From NCBI GenBank assembly GCA_002772815.1, contig PFDQ01000043.1, forward strand, positions 15,955 to 65,970: 50,016 nucleotides of DNA, read 5' to 3'. Within the stretch, counting starts at the first letter, position 1; every line of letters begins with the position of its first letter. Made by a program: the position numbers and the translations under genes. Of the stretch, positions 20,377-29,240 are shown in pieces. The stretch comes from Candidatus Peregrinibacteria bacterium CG10_big_fil_rev_8_21_14_0_10_42_8 (lineage in GTDB: Bacteria; Patescibacteriota; Gracilibacteria; Peribacterales; Peribacteraceae). The notes beneath the pieces are model-generated. The model ran no database searches. It was not told where the DNA came from and saw only the letters and a list, made by a program, of their open reading frames with translations.

Positions 20377-21369
20377 CTTTACAGTATAAAGTGTATTTTC
20401 TGGGAATTCTGGAATATGAAGTATAGGCCCCCATGTTTTGATGGATCTCATATTTGGTAGTAGTTCTGTCTGTATAACAGTGCCATACAGATTTGATGTA
20501 TGTTTTGCAATTCCAGACGTATCGTTGCCAAAATATTCTGTATGCGCAATGGTCCCAGAGATATATGTATTATTTTTAAATGCAGTCATGCTTCGCTGGA
20601 AAAAGAAGTCATCTAAGAAATCATCTTCATAAAGCATGGAAACGTATTGAGGCTCCATAGCATTAATGCATTCATGAATATGCTTTCCAAAATTATCTTC
20701 AGTGTCATACTGTATTTTCACAGATATATCCGAATGATAACGGATAAGTGGCAACGCCCTTTTTTTTTCGCTCAGGACAAGTATGTATGTCGGCTTAATG
20801 GTTTGAAGGAAAACACTATCAATGCATTGCGCAATATACCGATGAGAGTTGGCGATAATGACCACCAACATATTCACCAAAAAGTCTTTTTCTATTGATC
20901 TTTGTTTAAGACAGTGAGAGCGACAAAGAATAGGAACGGATTCTTCAATATCTTCATCTATTGAAGATGAAGAGGGTACAGGAGTTGGTACGAATTCGTT
21001 TGGTATGGTGATGTGCTGAATATCTGACACTTGTTCGAGCAATTCAGTTGCTTGCCGTAGGCTATCCGTTGGTAATCTATGGCCATTTGGAAGAATGCAG
21101 ACGTACGCACTGCTATGTGTTGGATATGTTGTTTGAAACACTACAGTTGGAAACTCTGACATGCAGGTTGCTATGTATTCATCTTTCGCTCTATACAAAA
21201 CAAAGATTTTTTTAAACGGTAGAGATTGCGTACTAACGCTATTGAGTGTGTCTGATAAGTATCTATGATTATTCCCATGAATAATAGCAATAGCATTAGA
21301 AGTTTTGGCAGTCACATATAAATCATGCTCTGTATGTACTGTCTGTGAAAAGACGGAATCATTCTTCAT
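20353..21369 (-). CDS. Divergent tandem GT2-like protein
   Basis: Two similar segments (HRYLSDTLNSVSTQS; HRYIAQCIDSVFLQT) and a LYEDDFL DxD-like motif. Confidence 0.55.
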   Translation of the reverse strand: MKNDSVFSQTVHTEHDLYVTAKTSNAIAIIHGNNHRYLSDTLNSVSTQSLPFKKIFVLYRAKDEYIATCMSEFPTVVFQTTYPTHSSAYVCILPNGHRLPTDSLRQATELLEQVSDIQHITIPNEFVPTPVPSSSSIDEDIEESVPILCRSHCLKQRSIEKDFLVNMLVVIIANSHRYIAQCIDSVFLQTIKPTYILVLSEKKRALPLIRYHSDISVKIQYDTEDNFGKHIHECINAMEPQYVSMLYEDDFLDDFFFQRSMTAFKNNTYISGTIAHTEYFGNDTSGIAKHTSNLYGTVIQTELLPNMRSIKTWGPILHIPEFPENTLYTVKLHNYRRR

Positions 21370-21420
21370 AGAGGTGCTAAAGCTTACAATACAGGTAACA
21401 TGTTTCCTAGGAGCATTGCA

Positions 21421-22167
21421 CTATACTTTTTGCAACCACAAGCTGCCACCATGAGGATCATTCATGGATGGCAATGATTGTTGAAATTCTTCTGTATAGT
21501 GATGCGACATATACGATGAAAAACATTGAAGCGTATACTGAGGATTTTCTTTTAAGAAAGATTCGAGTATTTGTACTTCATTCCAATCGGTATTATTCCA
21601 CTCAGTTGGGTATTGAAAATTATAAAATATATCATGAAAATGAATATGTACTCCACTGCGTACAACAGGAAGGATACGATGTATCATATCAAATACGTCA
21701 CTTCCAGGAGAGTACAGATGCGATGAATCAATAAAAAGAATATCTCCTTCTCGTAGTGAGACAAAAGAAGTAAGGTCTATATTTTGAATAGGGCTTTCTA
21801 CAATAATATTTTTACAAAGGTCTGTAGGACGGCAAAACTTTTTGAGTGCAGAGGTATCAATGTCGATAAATGTACAGTTGATGTTATTGTCAAAATACTG
21901 CTCGTTTGTATCGAGGATCATACAGCTACTCATTCCACATCCAATTTCAATAATATGTGCAGGCTTCATTGTTCGGATCATACAGTGTAGTACGAGTGCA
22001 TCAGAGTAGTTGAATCGACCATTATGTTTTTTATATCGTGATTGATTGTTTTCTATACGAGAAACAATCTCTGAACAATCAATACAAGAAAAGGATTTCA
22101 AAAGTGCTAACTGCTCTGCACATCGCAGGTCTATATCGGCAAAAAGAGGTGAACACGTGGTGAGCAT
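21421..22167 (-). CDS. Class I SAM-dependent methyltransferase (Methyltransf_24-like)
   Basis: IIEIGCGMSS, GDILFIDSSH, GVHIHFHDIF..YP, WNE, GGSLW. Confidence 0.85.
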   Translation of the reverse strand: MLTTCSPLFADIDLRCAEQLALLKSFSCIDCSEIVSRIENNQSRYKKHNGRFNYSDALVLHCMIRTMKPAHIIEIGCGMSSCMILDTNEQYFDNNINCTFIDIDTSALKKFCRPTDLCKNIIVESPIQNIDLTSFVSLREGDILFIDSSHLYSPGSDVFDMIHRILPVVRSGVHIHFHDIFYNFQYPTEWNNTDWNEVQILESFLKENPQYTLQCFSSYMSHHYTEEFQQSLPSMNDPHGGSLWLQKV

Positions 22168-22763
22168 TACAGGGACAAATCATCCGCCACTGCCTTCATT
22201 GCATCAAGTGTTATCTGAATAAATTCATCAAGCTCGATATCAAGTAATTCTTTGCAAGAACCAATTTGTGCACGGTCAACTTGCGCTGCAAAGCCTTTGT
22301 CTTTTAGTTTCTTCTTTACACTCTGTACTTCAACATCAGCAATCTTTTTACTTGGTCGTACGTATGTCACAGCGATAATAAAACCGGTGAGTTCATCCAC
22401 ACAGTAGAGGCATTTTCGTAGCATCGTATCGAGAGGATACTCTTCCCCGTATTTGGCTTGATAGTGGGCTCGGATGTCTCCGAGGAGTTCTGCAGGAGCA
22501 TCAATAGTTTTCAATAAGTTTTCAAGTGTGTCACCACAGTGAGCTTCATAGTCTTTATCAAGCTGGTCCCAGTCGAGATCGTGAAGCATACCAGCTACTT
22601 TCCATGTTTGTTCGTCGCCACCAAATTTCTTGGCAAGTGCCTGCATAGCAGCACCTGTTGCAACGAGGTGTGCCTTTGTTGCGTCTGCATGTTCTTCTAA
22701 AAGGCCATGGGCCGCTGGGAGTAAGTGTCCGTAGTCTGCGTGTTCAAGGAGGAGGTTTGTCAT
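22167..22763 (-). CDS. HD-domain (HDIG-like) hydrolase
   Basis: GMLHDLD, DELTGFI.A...RPSK, VKKKLKDKGFAA.VDR. Confidence 0.85.
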   Translation of the reverse strand: MTNLLLEHADYGHLLPAAHGLLEEHADATKAHLVATGAAMQALAKKFGGDEQTWKVAGMLHDLDWDQLDKDYEAHCGDTLENLLKTIDAPAELLGDIRAHYQAKYGEEYPLDTMLRKCLYCVDELTGFIIAVTYVRPSKKIADVEVQSVKKKLKDKGFAAQVDRAQIGSCKELLDIELDEFIQITLDAMKAVADDLSL

Positions 22764-22768
22764 AAGAA

Positions 22769-24358
22769 TTAAGAGGAAGAAGCTATGAGCATATCCGCAA
22801 CTTTCTGTTGGTCAAGAGTGCTTAAAAACCATCCAACTTGTGGCCCACTTGTTCTATTGATAAAGATTCGATACAGCGGCTGGAAGATTTCTTTTGGTGT
22901 GAGTTCAAACTCTTCTTTTGTTCTATGAATTTTGTCATGCACTGTTTCACCACTCCATTCTTTGAGGTCACCAAGTCTTTTTCCTAATTCGTGGAGTGCT
23001 TTCTTTTGCTTGTCATTAAGATCGAGACCATCTGGAGTAGTATCTTGAATGACAAATTTATACTCTGCAGGTGCAAGTGTATCGATCCACTTCTTCACAT
23101 AACTAGCACGTTCATGTAGTGCAATTTTTTCTGCTTCTGTTAGGGCTTTGCCCTTCAGCTTCTCTGCCTCAGTTTCAATGTCTAGATGTGGCATTTGCAC
23201 AACAAAGCTTAGGGATTGGAACCGCATTTCCCAGAGGTCTTCTGGTTCTTTTAAAGGATCTATTTGAGCAAGAGCAAAAGGCCTCGCATACCCAACAAAT
23301 GGTTCTGCGTGTCTGTTGAAATAGTGGTCTGCGCATCGGTCGTATTCATCGAAGAGATTAGGAATAGTCTTTCCTTCAGGGTCAAAGTCAATTGGCTGAC
23401 GTGGTTCTTTGCGAATCATCAAGAACTTTAGAATCTTTGGTGGAAGTAAGTCGGCAACTTCTTTTGCAGATGCACCAAGGCCTTTACTTGCACTCATCTT
23501 CTTTCCTTGGAAGTTAAAGAACTCATACGCAACATCAAAAGGGGCAGGGTAGTGAAATATTTCTTCAGAGATCTTCGCCGCCACTTCACGTGAACCTCCT
23601 GCGGCATAGTGGTCTTTCCCCCCTCCTTCGATGTCCACACCAAGTACTTTCCACTTTGCAGCCCACTCAGGCTTCCAAGGTAATGTTGCATTGCCATCAA
23701 ATGGACTCATTGTTCCCTTATGCCCACACCCTTCAGCCCACTTAACGTAGTGCTTCTTACATTCGTAGGTCACTTCATTTCCGTCCCACGCAGTTACTTT
23801 TGTCGTACCAATTTTACCGCATCTAGGGCAGATAACATTAAGAGGGAACCAATCGTCTGGCTTTCCACCACCACTTACTTCTTGGTAAATTTCCCGAATA
23901 CGCGCTGCACCGTCCAGTGCTTCGCGAATCACTTCATTAAATTTTCCCGCAAGATAGAGGGGACGAAGGTGATACCATTCAATAGGGAGCCCCATTGGGT
24001 TAACAGCGAGTTTGAGCTCTTCACCAAAACCTGTTGTGAAGTTGTCTTCTCCTTCATGTACAGGAGGGACAGCAAAGAGAGGTTTGCCCATATGCGGAGC
24101 AAATTTCTCTTGGTCGATGTTGATAGGGAGGCCATCCATAGGATCGTTATCATTGAGCTCATACATAAATATACTTTTCACATGTTGCTCTGCAAGTACC
24201 TGGGCAATAATCCCATGCAGTACAATTCCCCGAAGAGAACCGACATGCACGCGTCCGGATAATGTTTTTTCATCACGAATAATAAGAGGGGAGTCATCTG
24301 CAATTTTTTTATGAAATCGCTCTTTTATCTGCTCTGTAAATTCCTCTGTCCAAAACAT
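22769..24358 (-). CDS. lysS: Class I lysyl-tRNA synthetase
   Basis: SGRVHVGSLR (HIGH), CPRCGK zinc knuckle, WKPEWAAKW, EGGGKDH, KMSASKG, SGPQVG. Confidence 0.95.
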   Translation of the reverse strand: MFWTEEFTEQIKERFHKKIADDSPLIIRDEKTLSGRVHVGSLRGIVLHGIIAQVLAEQHVKSIFMYELNDNDPMDGLPINIDQEKFAPHMGKPLFAVPPVHEGEDNFTTGFGEELKLAVNPMGLPIEWYHLRPLYLAGKFNEVIREALDGAARIREIYQEVSGGGKPDDWFPLNVICPRCGKIGTTKVTAWDGNEVTYECKKHYVKWAEGCGHKGTMSPFDGNATLPWKPEWAAKWKVLGVDIEGGGKDHYAAGGSREVAAKISEEIFHYPAPFDVAYEFFNFQGKKMSASKGLGASAKEVADLLPPKILKFLMIRKEPRQPIDFDPEGKTIPNLFDEYDRCADHYFNRHAEPFVGYARPFALAQIDPLKEPEDLWEMRFQSLSFVVQMPHLDIETEAEKLKGKALTEAEKIALHERASYVKKWIDTLAPAEYKFVIQDTTPDGLDLNDKQKKALHELGKRLGDLKEWSGETVHDKIHRTKEEFELTPKEIFQPLYRIFINRTSGPQVGWFLSTLDQQKVADMLIASSS

Positions 24359-24437
24359 AACTGCAGTATAGCAAGGAGAACGGTATGATGACAGTAACAT
24401 TTGCGAAAAAGATAGTGAGGAGATACAGTGTTTTTCT

Positions 24438-24815
24438 ATGAAAACAGGACTCTTTGTCGGGCGATTTCAACCATTTCACGATGGGCACAGAAAATGTATC
24501 GAGAAGATTCTTGAAACATGCGATAAGTGCATCGTACAAATGCGCGAAACAGAGAAGACAGAAAAAAATCCATTCGACTTCGAAAAGCGCAAAGCGATGA
24601 TTCGCGCAGCATTCCCAGATGAAAACCAAGTAGAGATCACTGCATTTTTGGACTCAGGTGCAGAACTTGCAGTCTTCATTGGTCGTGATGTTGGGTACGA
24701 GTTAATACAGCTCGACGAAAAAACAGAAAATATTTCTGCAACAGACATCCGCAAAAAACTCTACGATAACGCAGGAAAAACATACGATAAAGATGCTCAC
24801 CTTAAAGTAAAATAA
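24438..24815 (+). CDS. Small cytidyltransferase-like (HxGH) nucleotidyltransferase
   Basis: FVGRFQPFHDGH, KNPF, ISATDIR. Confidence 0.85.
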   Translation: MKTGLFVGRFQPFHDGHRKCIEKILETCDKCIVQMRETEKTEKNPFDFEKRKAMIRAAFPDENQVEITAFLDSGAELAVFIGRDVGYELIQLDEKTENISATDIRKKLYDNAGKTYDKDAHLKVK

Positions 24816-25306
24816 TGGCTGCACGTTTTCCAATTGTATGGCTCACAGGAAACAGTGGTGCTGGAAAAAGCACACTCGCATTCGCACTCCGTGAGAGGTG
24901 TAATGAATATGAAAATGCATCACACCCAATGGCAAGGCGCGTGGTGGTGCTTGATGGTGATGAAATGCGTGAAACAATTTCTCGTGATGAAGGGTTTAGT
25001 CCAGAGGACAGACGAAAACACAACATGCGTGTTGCAAGACTAGCCACACTGCTTCGCGATAGTGGGCATCTCGTTATTGTTGCTGTTATTGCACCGTTTG
25101 AATCTGTACGTGCAGAGCTTCAGGTTATGTGTAATCCTCTGTGGGTGTATATCAAGAGAAGTGGGCTTGGTGCTGCAGACCGTCCATACGAAGCACCTAA
25201 AAACCCAGATCTTCTTATTGATAACGACATACTCTCTATTGAGGAAGCACAAGAGATATTTGGATCCTTCCTCGAAGAGAAGATTTTGTCTGGAGCAAAG
25301 GTGTAG
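24815..25306 (+). CDS. cysC: Adenylyl-sulfate (APS) kinase-like
   Basis: WLTGNSGAGKSTLA, LDGDEMR, GFSPEDR..HNMRV, IAPF, PYEAPKNPDL; TAATG overlap with the upstream gene. Confidence 0.8.
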   Translation: MAARFPIVWLTGNSGAGKSTLAFALRERCNEYENASHPMARRVVVLDGDEMRETISRDEGFSPEDRRKHNMRVARLATLLRDSGHLVIVAVIAPFESVRAELQVMCNPLWVYIKRSGLGAADRPYEAPKNPDLLIDNDILSIEEAQEIFGSFLEEKILSGAKV

Positions 25307-25319
25307 TATACTTCGTTGT

Positions 25320-25637
25320 ATGGATATATTTTTCTTACTTCTGTTCGGACACAGTCTCGCAGATTTTGCGTTGCAATCATCAGAATTTCAAAAGAAGAAA
25401 TACATAAAGCATAATAAAGAGACATGGATGTATAATCTGAGTGCTCACTCTATTATTCATGGTGGCTTTGTCGGGTTCTTTACAGGGTCTTTGTTTCTTT
25501 CACTTCTTGAGACGGTTGCTCATTGGCTCATTGATTTCGGAAGAATGGAAGGGAAGTACTCTGTGCACGTAGACCAAGCATTACATATTGCTTGTAAAGT
25601 GTTATGGGTTGGAATGCTTATGAAAGGCATGGTGTAA
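25320..25637 (+). CDS. DUF3307-like membrane protein
   Basis: GHSLADFALQ, HSIIH, HWLIDF, DQALH motif pattern. Confidence 0.8.
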   Translation: MDIFFLLLFGHSLADFALQSSEFQKKKYIKHNKETWMYNLSAHSIIHGGFVGFFTGSLFLSLLETVAHWLIDFGRMEGKYSVHVDQALHIACKVLWVGMLMKGMV

Positions 25638-25642
25638 AAAAG

Positions 25643-25673
25643 TAGCACGCCGGTCCCGAGGGGCGACGTGCTA
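25643..25673 (-). terminator. Putative intrinsic terminator between convergent genes
   Basis: tagcacg...cgtgcta stem preceded by an A-run on +. Confidence 0.4.
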
Positions 25674-25690
25674 TTGATGATCCTTCATCG

Positions 25691-25879
25691 TTATTTTCCC
25701 TCTAAAGAATGTTCCCTTTGTTGCCGTTGCTCGTTTCCAGAACACCATAGAGTGATGAGGAATCCAGCAATGAGGATGACGATCCCAGGCTTGGGAAGAA
25801 AAATGAGGCCTAGCAATCCGATTGCGAGTAACAAGAGTCCGAGTGTTCTAATGAGAACAACGCTGTGTCGACGGAGCAT
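25691..25879 (-). CDS. Small two-TM membrane protein (PGPGW-like)
   Basis: Hydrophobic hairpin with LPKPG turn; AGGAGGT just upstream of ATG 25879. Confidence 0.55.
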   Translation of the reverse strand: MLRRHSVVLIRTLGLLLLAIGLLGLIFLPKPGIVILIAGFLITLWCSGNEQRQQREHSLEGK

Positions 25880-25988
25880 GAGCACCTCCTTTTTTTCATA
25901 AAGCTGTAGATGGGGGGGGAAAGATCTACGTGTATATTCTACTGTACACTATACGAGGTCAAGAACACTTCCTGCTATACTTTGTAGT

Positions 25989-26468
25989 ATGAAACATCCA
26001 GTGTACGTGTTGTTATTATTCGCTCTTGGAGGGTGCTCTGCATCTTCAATGCCATTATCACGTCATGAACAGTTTATTCCAGAGACAGCAACAGTTCATC
26101 GAATCATCGATGGAGATACACTCGAAGTAGTATTGTTTGATGGTTCAGAGGAAACAGTTCGCATCATCGGGATAGATACTCCAGAATATAAAGAGTGTTA
26201 CTTCGAAGAGGCGACAGAATATTTACAACTTCTTATTTCTGATAAAAATATAGTTTTGCAGGAGCAACCAGGAGATGATCGTGACAAATACGAAAGGCTA
26301 CTCCGGTACATTCACATTGATGGAATAGACATTGGGCTACAGCTTATTACAGATGGATACGCCAGAAACTATCCGTGGTTCGACCATCCACGAGTAGAGC
26401 AGTACAGCACTCTAGAGAACAGAGCGAAGCAATTAGGTCTTGGGCTGTGGTCGGAGTGTGAGGAATGA
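25989..26468 (+). CDS. Thermonuclease (SNase) family lipoprotein
   Basis: Lipobox-like LGGC; IIDGDT, RIIGIDTPE, DKYERLLRY, GLGLWS. Confidence 0.92.
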   Translation: MKHPVYVLLLFALGGCSASSMPLSRHEQFIPETATVHRIIDGDTLEVVLFDGSEETVRIIGIDTPEYKECYFEEATEYLQLLISDKNIVLQEQPGDDRDKYERLLRYIHIDGIDIGLQLITDGYARNYPWFDHPRVEQYSTLENRAKQLGLGLWSECEE

Positions 26469-26473
26469 ATAAG

Positions 26474-27931
26474 CTAGTATTTCACAGTAAACGGAAAAGC
26501 GGCTGTGTCTCCTTCTTTGCGGAAAAGTACGCTATAACCTTCTGGTTGTGGCAATGAAGAGGAACAAGGGCGTGATGTGATAGTGAAGTGATTCGCAATG
26601 TACGCAAATGTTTTTTGAGAGAGGAGCTGCTCTTCTGCACGGTCGCTAATCTCGTAGGTATTTCCTTTTGCAATGATGACGTCTGCTGAAGAGAATGAGT
26701 TTAGTTGCTTCTCAATAAGAAGAGGATGGTGATACACAATTGCTTCTGGGCCTGTATAAACAAAGAAGTTCAGAGGACTATGCCGCATAAATGGCATGTA
26801 TGGTCGCTCTTCAACGAAGAAATACCTATCGATACTACACGCGTCCAAAATATCATCAATGGCACCTGCAGTATATATGTTCAGTTCATCTATCCTCTGC
26901 TGTTCGCGGAGTCTTGCACTATAAACTGGAAAGCCATCACTGAGTGGAATCATGAATATTGTAAGGGTCACCAAAAAAAGTGTGGTGTGTAGGAGGCGAC
27001 GCGAACATGATCGGAGAAACACAAAAAACAGTGCACAGTACAGTGGCACGAGTATGACGAAATGATTATTGACAGGGTAGCCGCGCAGGTTTGCTGCAGT
27101 GCATGCTATATAGAGAGCAATGCAAATGTAGAAAAGACGATCCCTATTGTGCACAACAACATCGAAAAGAATAGTAAGCAGTAACACTGGAAGAAGATAT
27201 GAGTACTGGACAAGGTATAACCACACGAGGTCTAGTTGCAGCCCACGCTGCCACAGTGGCATAGACCGCGCGATATGATGGCCAAAGTTTGATGGAAGAT
27301 ACGTTCCGAAATACCCCTCTGCGAAGCCAAAAACAAACATTAATATCACACCAACAATTGCGACAATGCCAATAGGAAAAACAAAGAAAGAAACAAACTC
27401 TTTTCTACGAGGAAGTAGGAGAAGCGCACAGCCAAGAAGGACAAGAAAGAATGGCTCTTTAAAGCTGATACTCAAAAAAAGACACAGAGTAAGTAGACTC
27501 ACATATGTGAGAGTACGACGCGGTGGGAATTGCGTTAGGAGCAAAACATAGAGTATTCCAAAAAATGCACCATAGAGTTCTACTTGCCATGCGCCAGCAG
27601 TAAATGCAGTATATAATGATATGACGACACCAAACAGTGTTGCGAGAATGGTTGTAGATGTGTTGCGTGCATTGCGGTGCACAGTCAGTCCAAAAAGCAT
27701 AGGAATAAGAAGGACAATCATTCCATTACATATATTGCCAAGGAGTCCACTACCAAACAGTGCAAGAGATGCTGCACTCAAAAGGTAAATGGCAGGAGGT
27801 TTTGTGTCGAAAATGTCTGTGTACAGTTGTAGATGATTCAGTATTCCTTGCCCGACGGTAAAGTAGTATGTCGCATCACCGGCATATGCACCTTGAAAGA
27901 AATACCATGCTTGTGCAAGTAGGTGGTACAT
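26474..27931 (-). CDS. Polytopic membrane protein, GT-C/ArnT-PMT-like glycosyltransferase
   Basis: GDATYY, LYTDIFDTKPPAIY loop, many TM helices, KEPF. Confidence 0.6.
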   Translation of the reverse strand: MYHLLAQAWYFFQGAYAGDATYYFTVGQGILNHLQLYTDIFDTKPPAIYLLSAASLALFGSGLLGNICNGMIVLLIPMLFGLTVHRNARNTSTTILATLFGVVISLYTAFTAGAWQVELYGAFFGILYVLLLTQFPPRRTLTYVSLLTLCLFLSISFKEPFFLVLLGCALLLLPRRKEFVSFFVFPIGIVAIVGVILMFVFGFAEGYFGTYLPSNFGHHIARSMPLWQRGLQLDLVWLYLVQYSYLLPVLLLTILFDVVVHNRDRLFYICIALYIACTAANLRGYPVNNHFVILVPLYCALFFVFLRSCSRRLLHTTLFLVTLTIFMIPLSDGFPVYSARLREQQRIDELNIYTAGAIDDILDACSIDRYFFVEERPYMPFMRHSPLNFFVYTGPEAIVYHHPLLIEKQLNSFSSADVIIAKGNTYEISDRAEEQLLSQKTFAYIANHFTITSRPCSSSLPQPEGYSVLFRKEGDTAAFPFTVKY

Positions 27932-28038
27932 CCCTTTTATGGCTGCAAGTAGTATAAAAACCCGAAGAAGTATATCAGCATATTTTTTTATGCACGGGAC
28001 TATACAGGACGGGTGTCTCTCTATGCTATACTCTGTTT

Positions 28039-28404
28039 ATGAAACTCAAAGAAATCGCAAAACTTACGTGGCTACCAGTTGTCGGCGCATCACTTTGCTG
28101 CCTTAGTCCAGTGATCATCGTCCTGTTTGGTCTTGGAACAGCAGCATTTGCCAGTTCTCTTGCAGATACACTCTACGGAGACTACAAGTGGTTCTTTAGA
28201 ATAGGTGGGCTCTTCCTTTTGTTGCTGTCAGTCTTTTATCACTATCGAAAGAAGGGTGTCTGTTCGCTCGACCAAGCGAAGCGTCATAAGAACGAAATCC
28301 TCAACACAATTCTTATTACCGTCTTTGCAGGAGCAATAGGATACGTCTTCTTCTTGTATGTTGTCGTGCACTACGCTGGTGTGTGGTTGAATTTGTGGGT
28401 TTGA
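28039..28404 (+). CDS. MerT/MerE-like heavy-metal transporter-like membrane protein
   Basis: Three TM; ASLCCLSP in TM1 and a further Cys in the loop (KGVCS). Confidence 0.55.
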   Translation: MKLKEIAKLTWLPVVGASLCCLSPVIIVLFGLGTAAFASSLADTLYGDYKWFFRIGGLFLLLLSVFYHYRKKGVCSLDQAKRHKNEILNTILITVFAGAIGYVFFLYVVVHYAGVWLNLWV

Positions 28405-28413
28405 TCTATCAGC

Positions 28414-28583
28414 TTGTAACTTTTGGGATCAAAAGTTACCAAAAATCTTAACCACTGATATGAACGAAGAAATACAGGAAGAACGTACTGTGCGCTCCTC
28501 GACTAAGCTTGCTGCGGCAACTTAGCTCTTCGTCACTAAGAAGAAGTGCAGCGGTGTGATCTTCGTCCATACTACAGTGGCTA
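28414..28583 (+). repeat. Structured intergenic repeat, copy 1 (3' truncated)
   Basis: Aligns by eye with 29283-29432 and with the reverse complement of 38750-38857; hairpin gtaacttttg-GGAT-caaaagttac. Confidence 0.85.
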
Positions 28584-28592
28584 GAAGATGGA

Positions 28593-28913
28593 TCACCCCC
28601 ACTTCTTCCCCCACTTACAAAAACCTCCAAAGACAGTCTGTAGGTCTGCTCCTTTTTCAGTAATGCTGTATTCAATGCAGATAGGCTTACCATCGGTTAC
28701 TGTTCGTTCGATGAGGCCTTCTTCTTCCAGTTCTGTCAGCCGCTCGGAAAGAATACGAGAGTTGATCTCTGGTAGCGCATCTTTAATTTCGCAAAACCGC
28801 ATTTTCTTTGTATCTGCGATACATCGTAAAATATGCATTGCCCACTTTTTTGAGCAAAAATCAATGATTCCGTAGATCGGACAATCGCACGATGATGGTT
28901 GTTTTTTAGGCAT
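28593..28913 (-). CDS. HxlR-family winged-helix regulator
   Basis: CP....D....KW...IL, RF.EI...LPEI..RILSERL.ELEEEGLIER, EYSITEKG. Confidence 0.92.
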   Translation of the reverse strand: MPKKQPSSCDCPIYGIIDFCSKKWAMHILRCIADTKKMRFCEIKDALPEINSRILSERLTELEEEGLIERTVTDGKPICIEYSITEKGADLQTVFGGFCKWGKKWG

Positions 28914-29031
28914 GTACGGTTAGTATACATAGATATACCTCCAAAAACTACTTAATTACTATTAAATACATGTTTTACAAAAGTAACCGACTAAGCTAGA
29001 CTACGTCTGTTATTTCCTACCCCTAATACTT

Positions 29032-29187
29032 ATGGGATGTTGTTCAAAGGACAATCATTGCTCTGATGAGAGCAAGAAATGTTCAGAAGGTTGTACTTGC
29101 GATACATGCAAGGAATGCGCTGAAAAGTGCAAAGAGAAGTGTGATGAAAAGTCTTCAGAGCACAAAGGTGATAGTTGTTGCGGTTAA
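29032..29187 (+). CDS. Small Cys-rich metallothionein-like protein (51 aa; not in ORF track)
   Basis: MGCCSKDNHCSDESKKCSEGCTCDTCKECAEKCKEKCDEKSSEHKGDSCCG: 12 Cys, 2 His, no aromatic residues; divergent from HxlR; followed by a terminator. Confidence 0.75.
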   Translation: MGCCSKDNHCSDESKKCSEGCTCDTCKECAEKCKEKCDEKSSEHKGDSCCG

Positions 29188-29204
29188 GCAGACTCTTCAT
29201 CGTC

Positions 29205-29238
29205 AAACAGGGCATCCTGGGTGGGGTGTTCTGTTTTT
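29205..29238 (+). terminator. Intrinsic terminator after the metallothionein-like gene
   Basis: aaacagggcatcc...gggtgttctgttt stem (with GU pairs) running into a T-tract. Confidence 0.6.
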
Positions 29239-29240
29239 AT

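Noticed and set aside
28448..28693. ORFs 28448-28693 and 29368-29604 share the peptide HCxMDEDHTA
   Set aside because: The similarity comes from the non-coding repeat read on the minus strand; frames and lengths are not otherwise conserved
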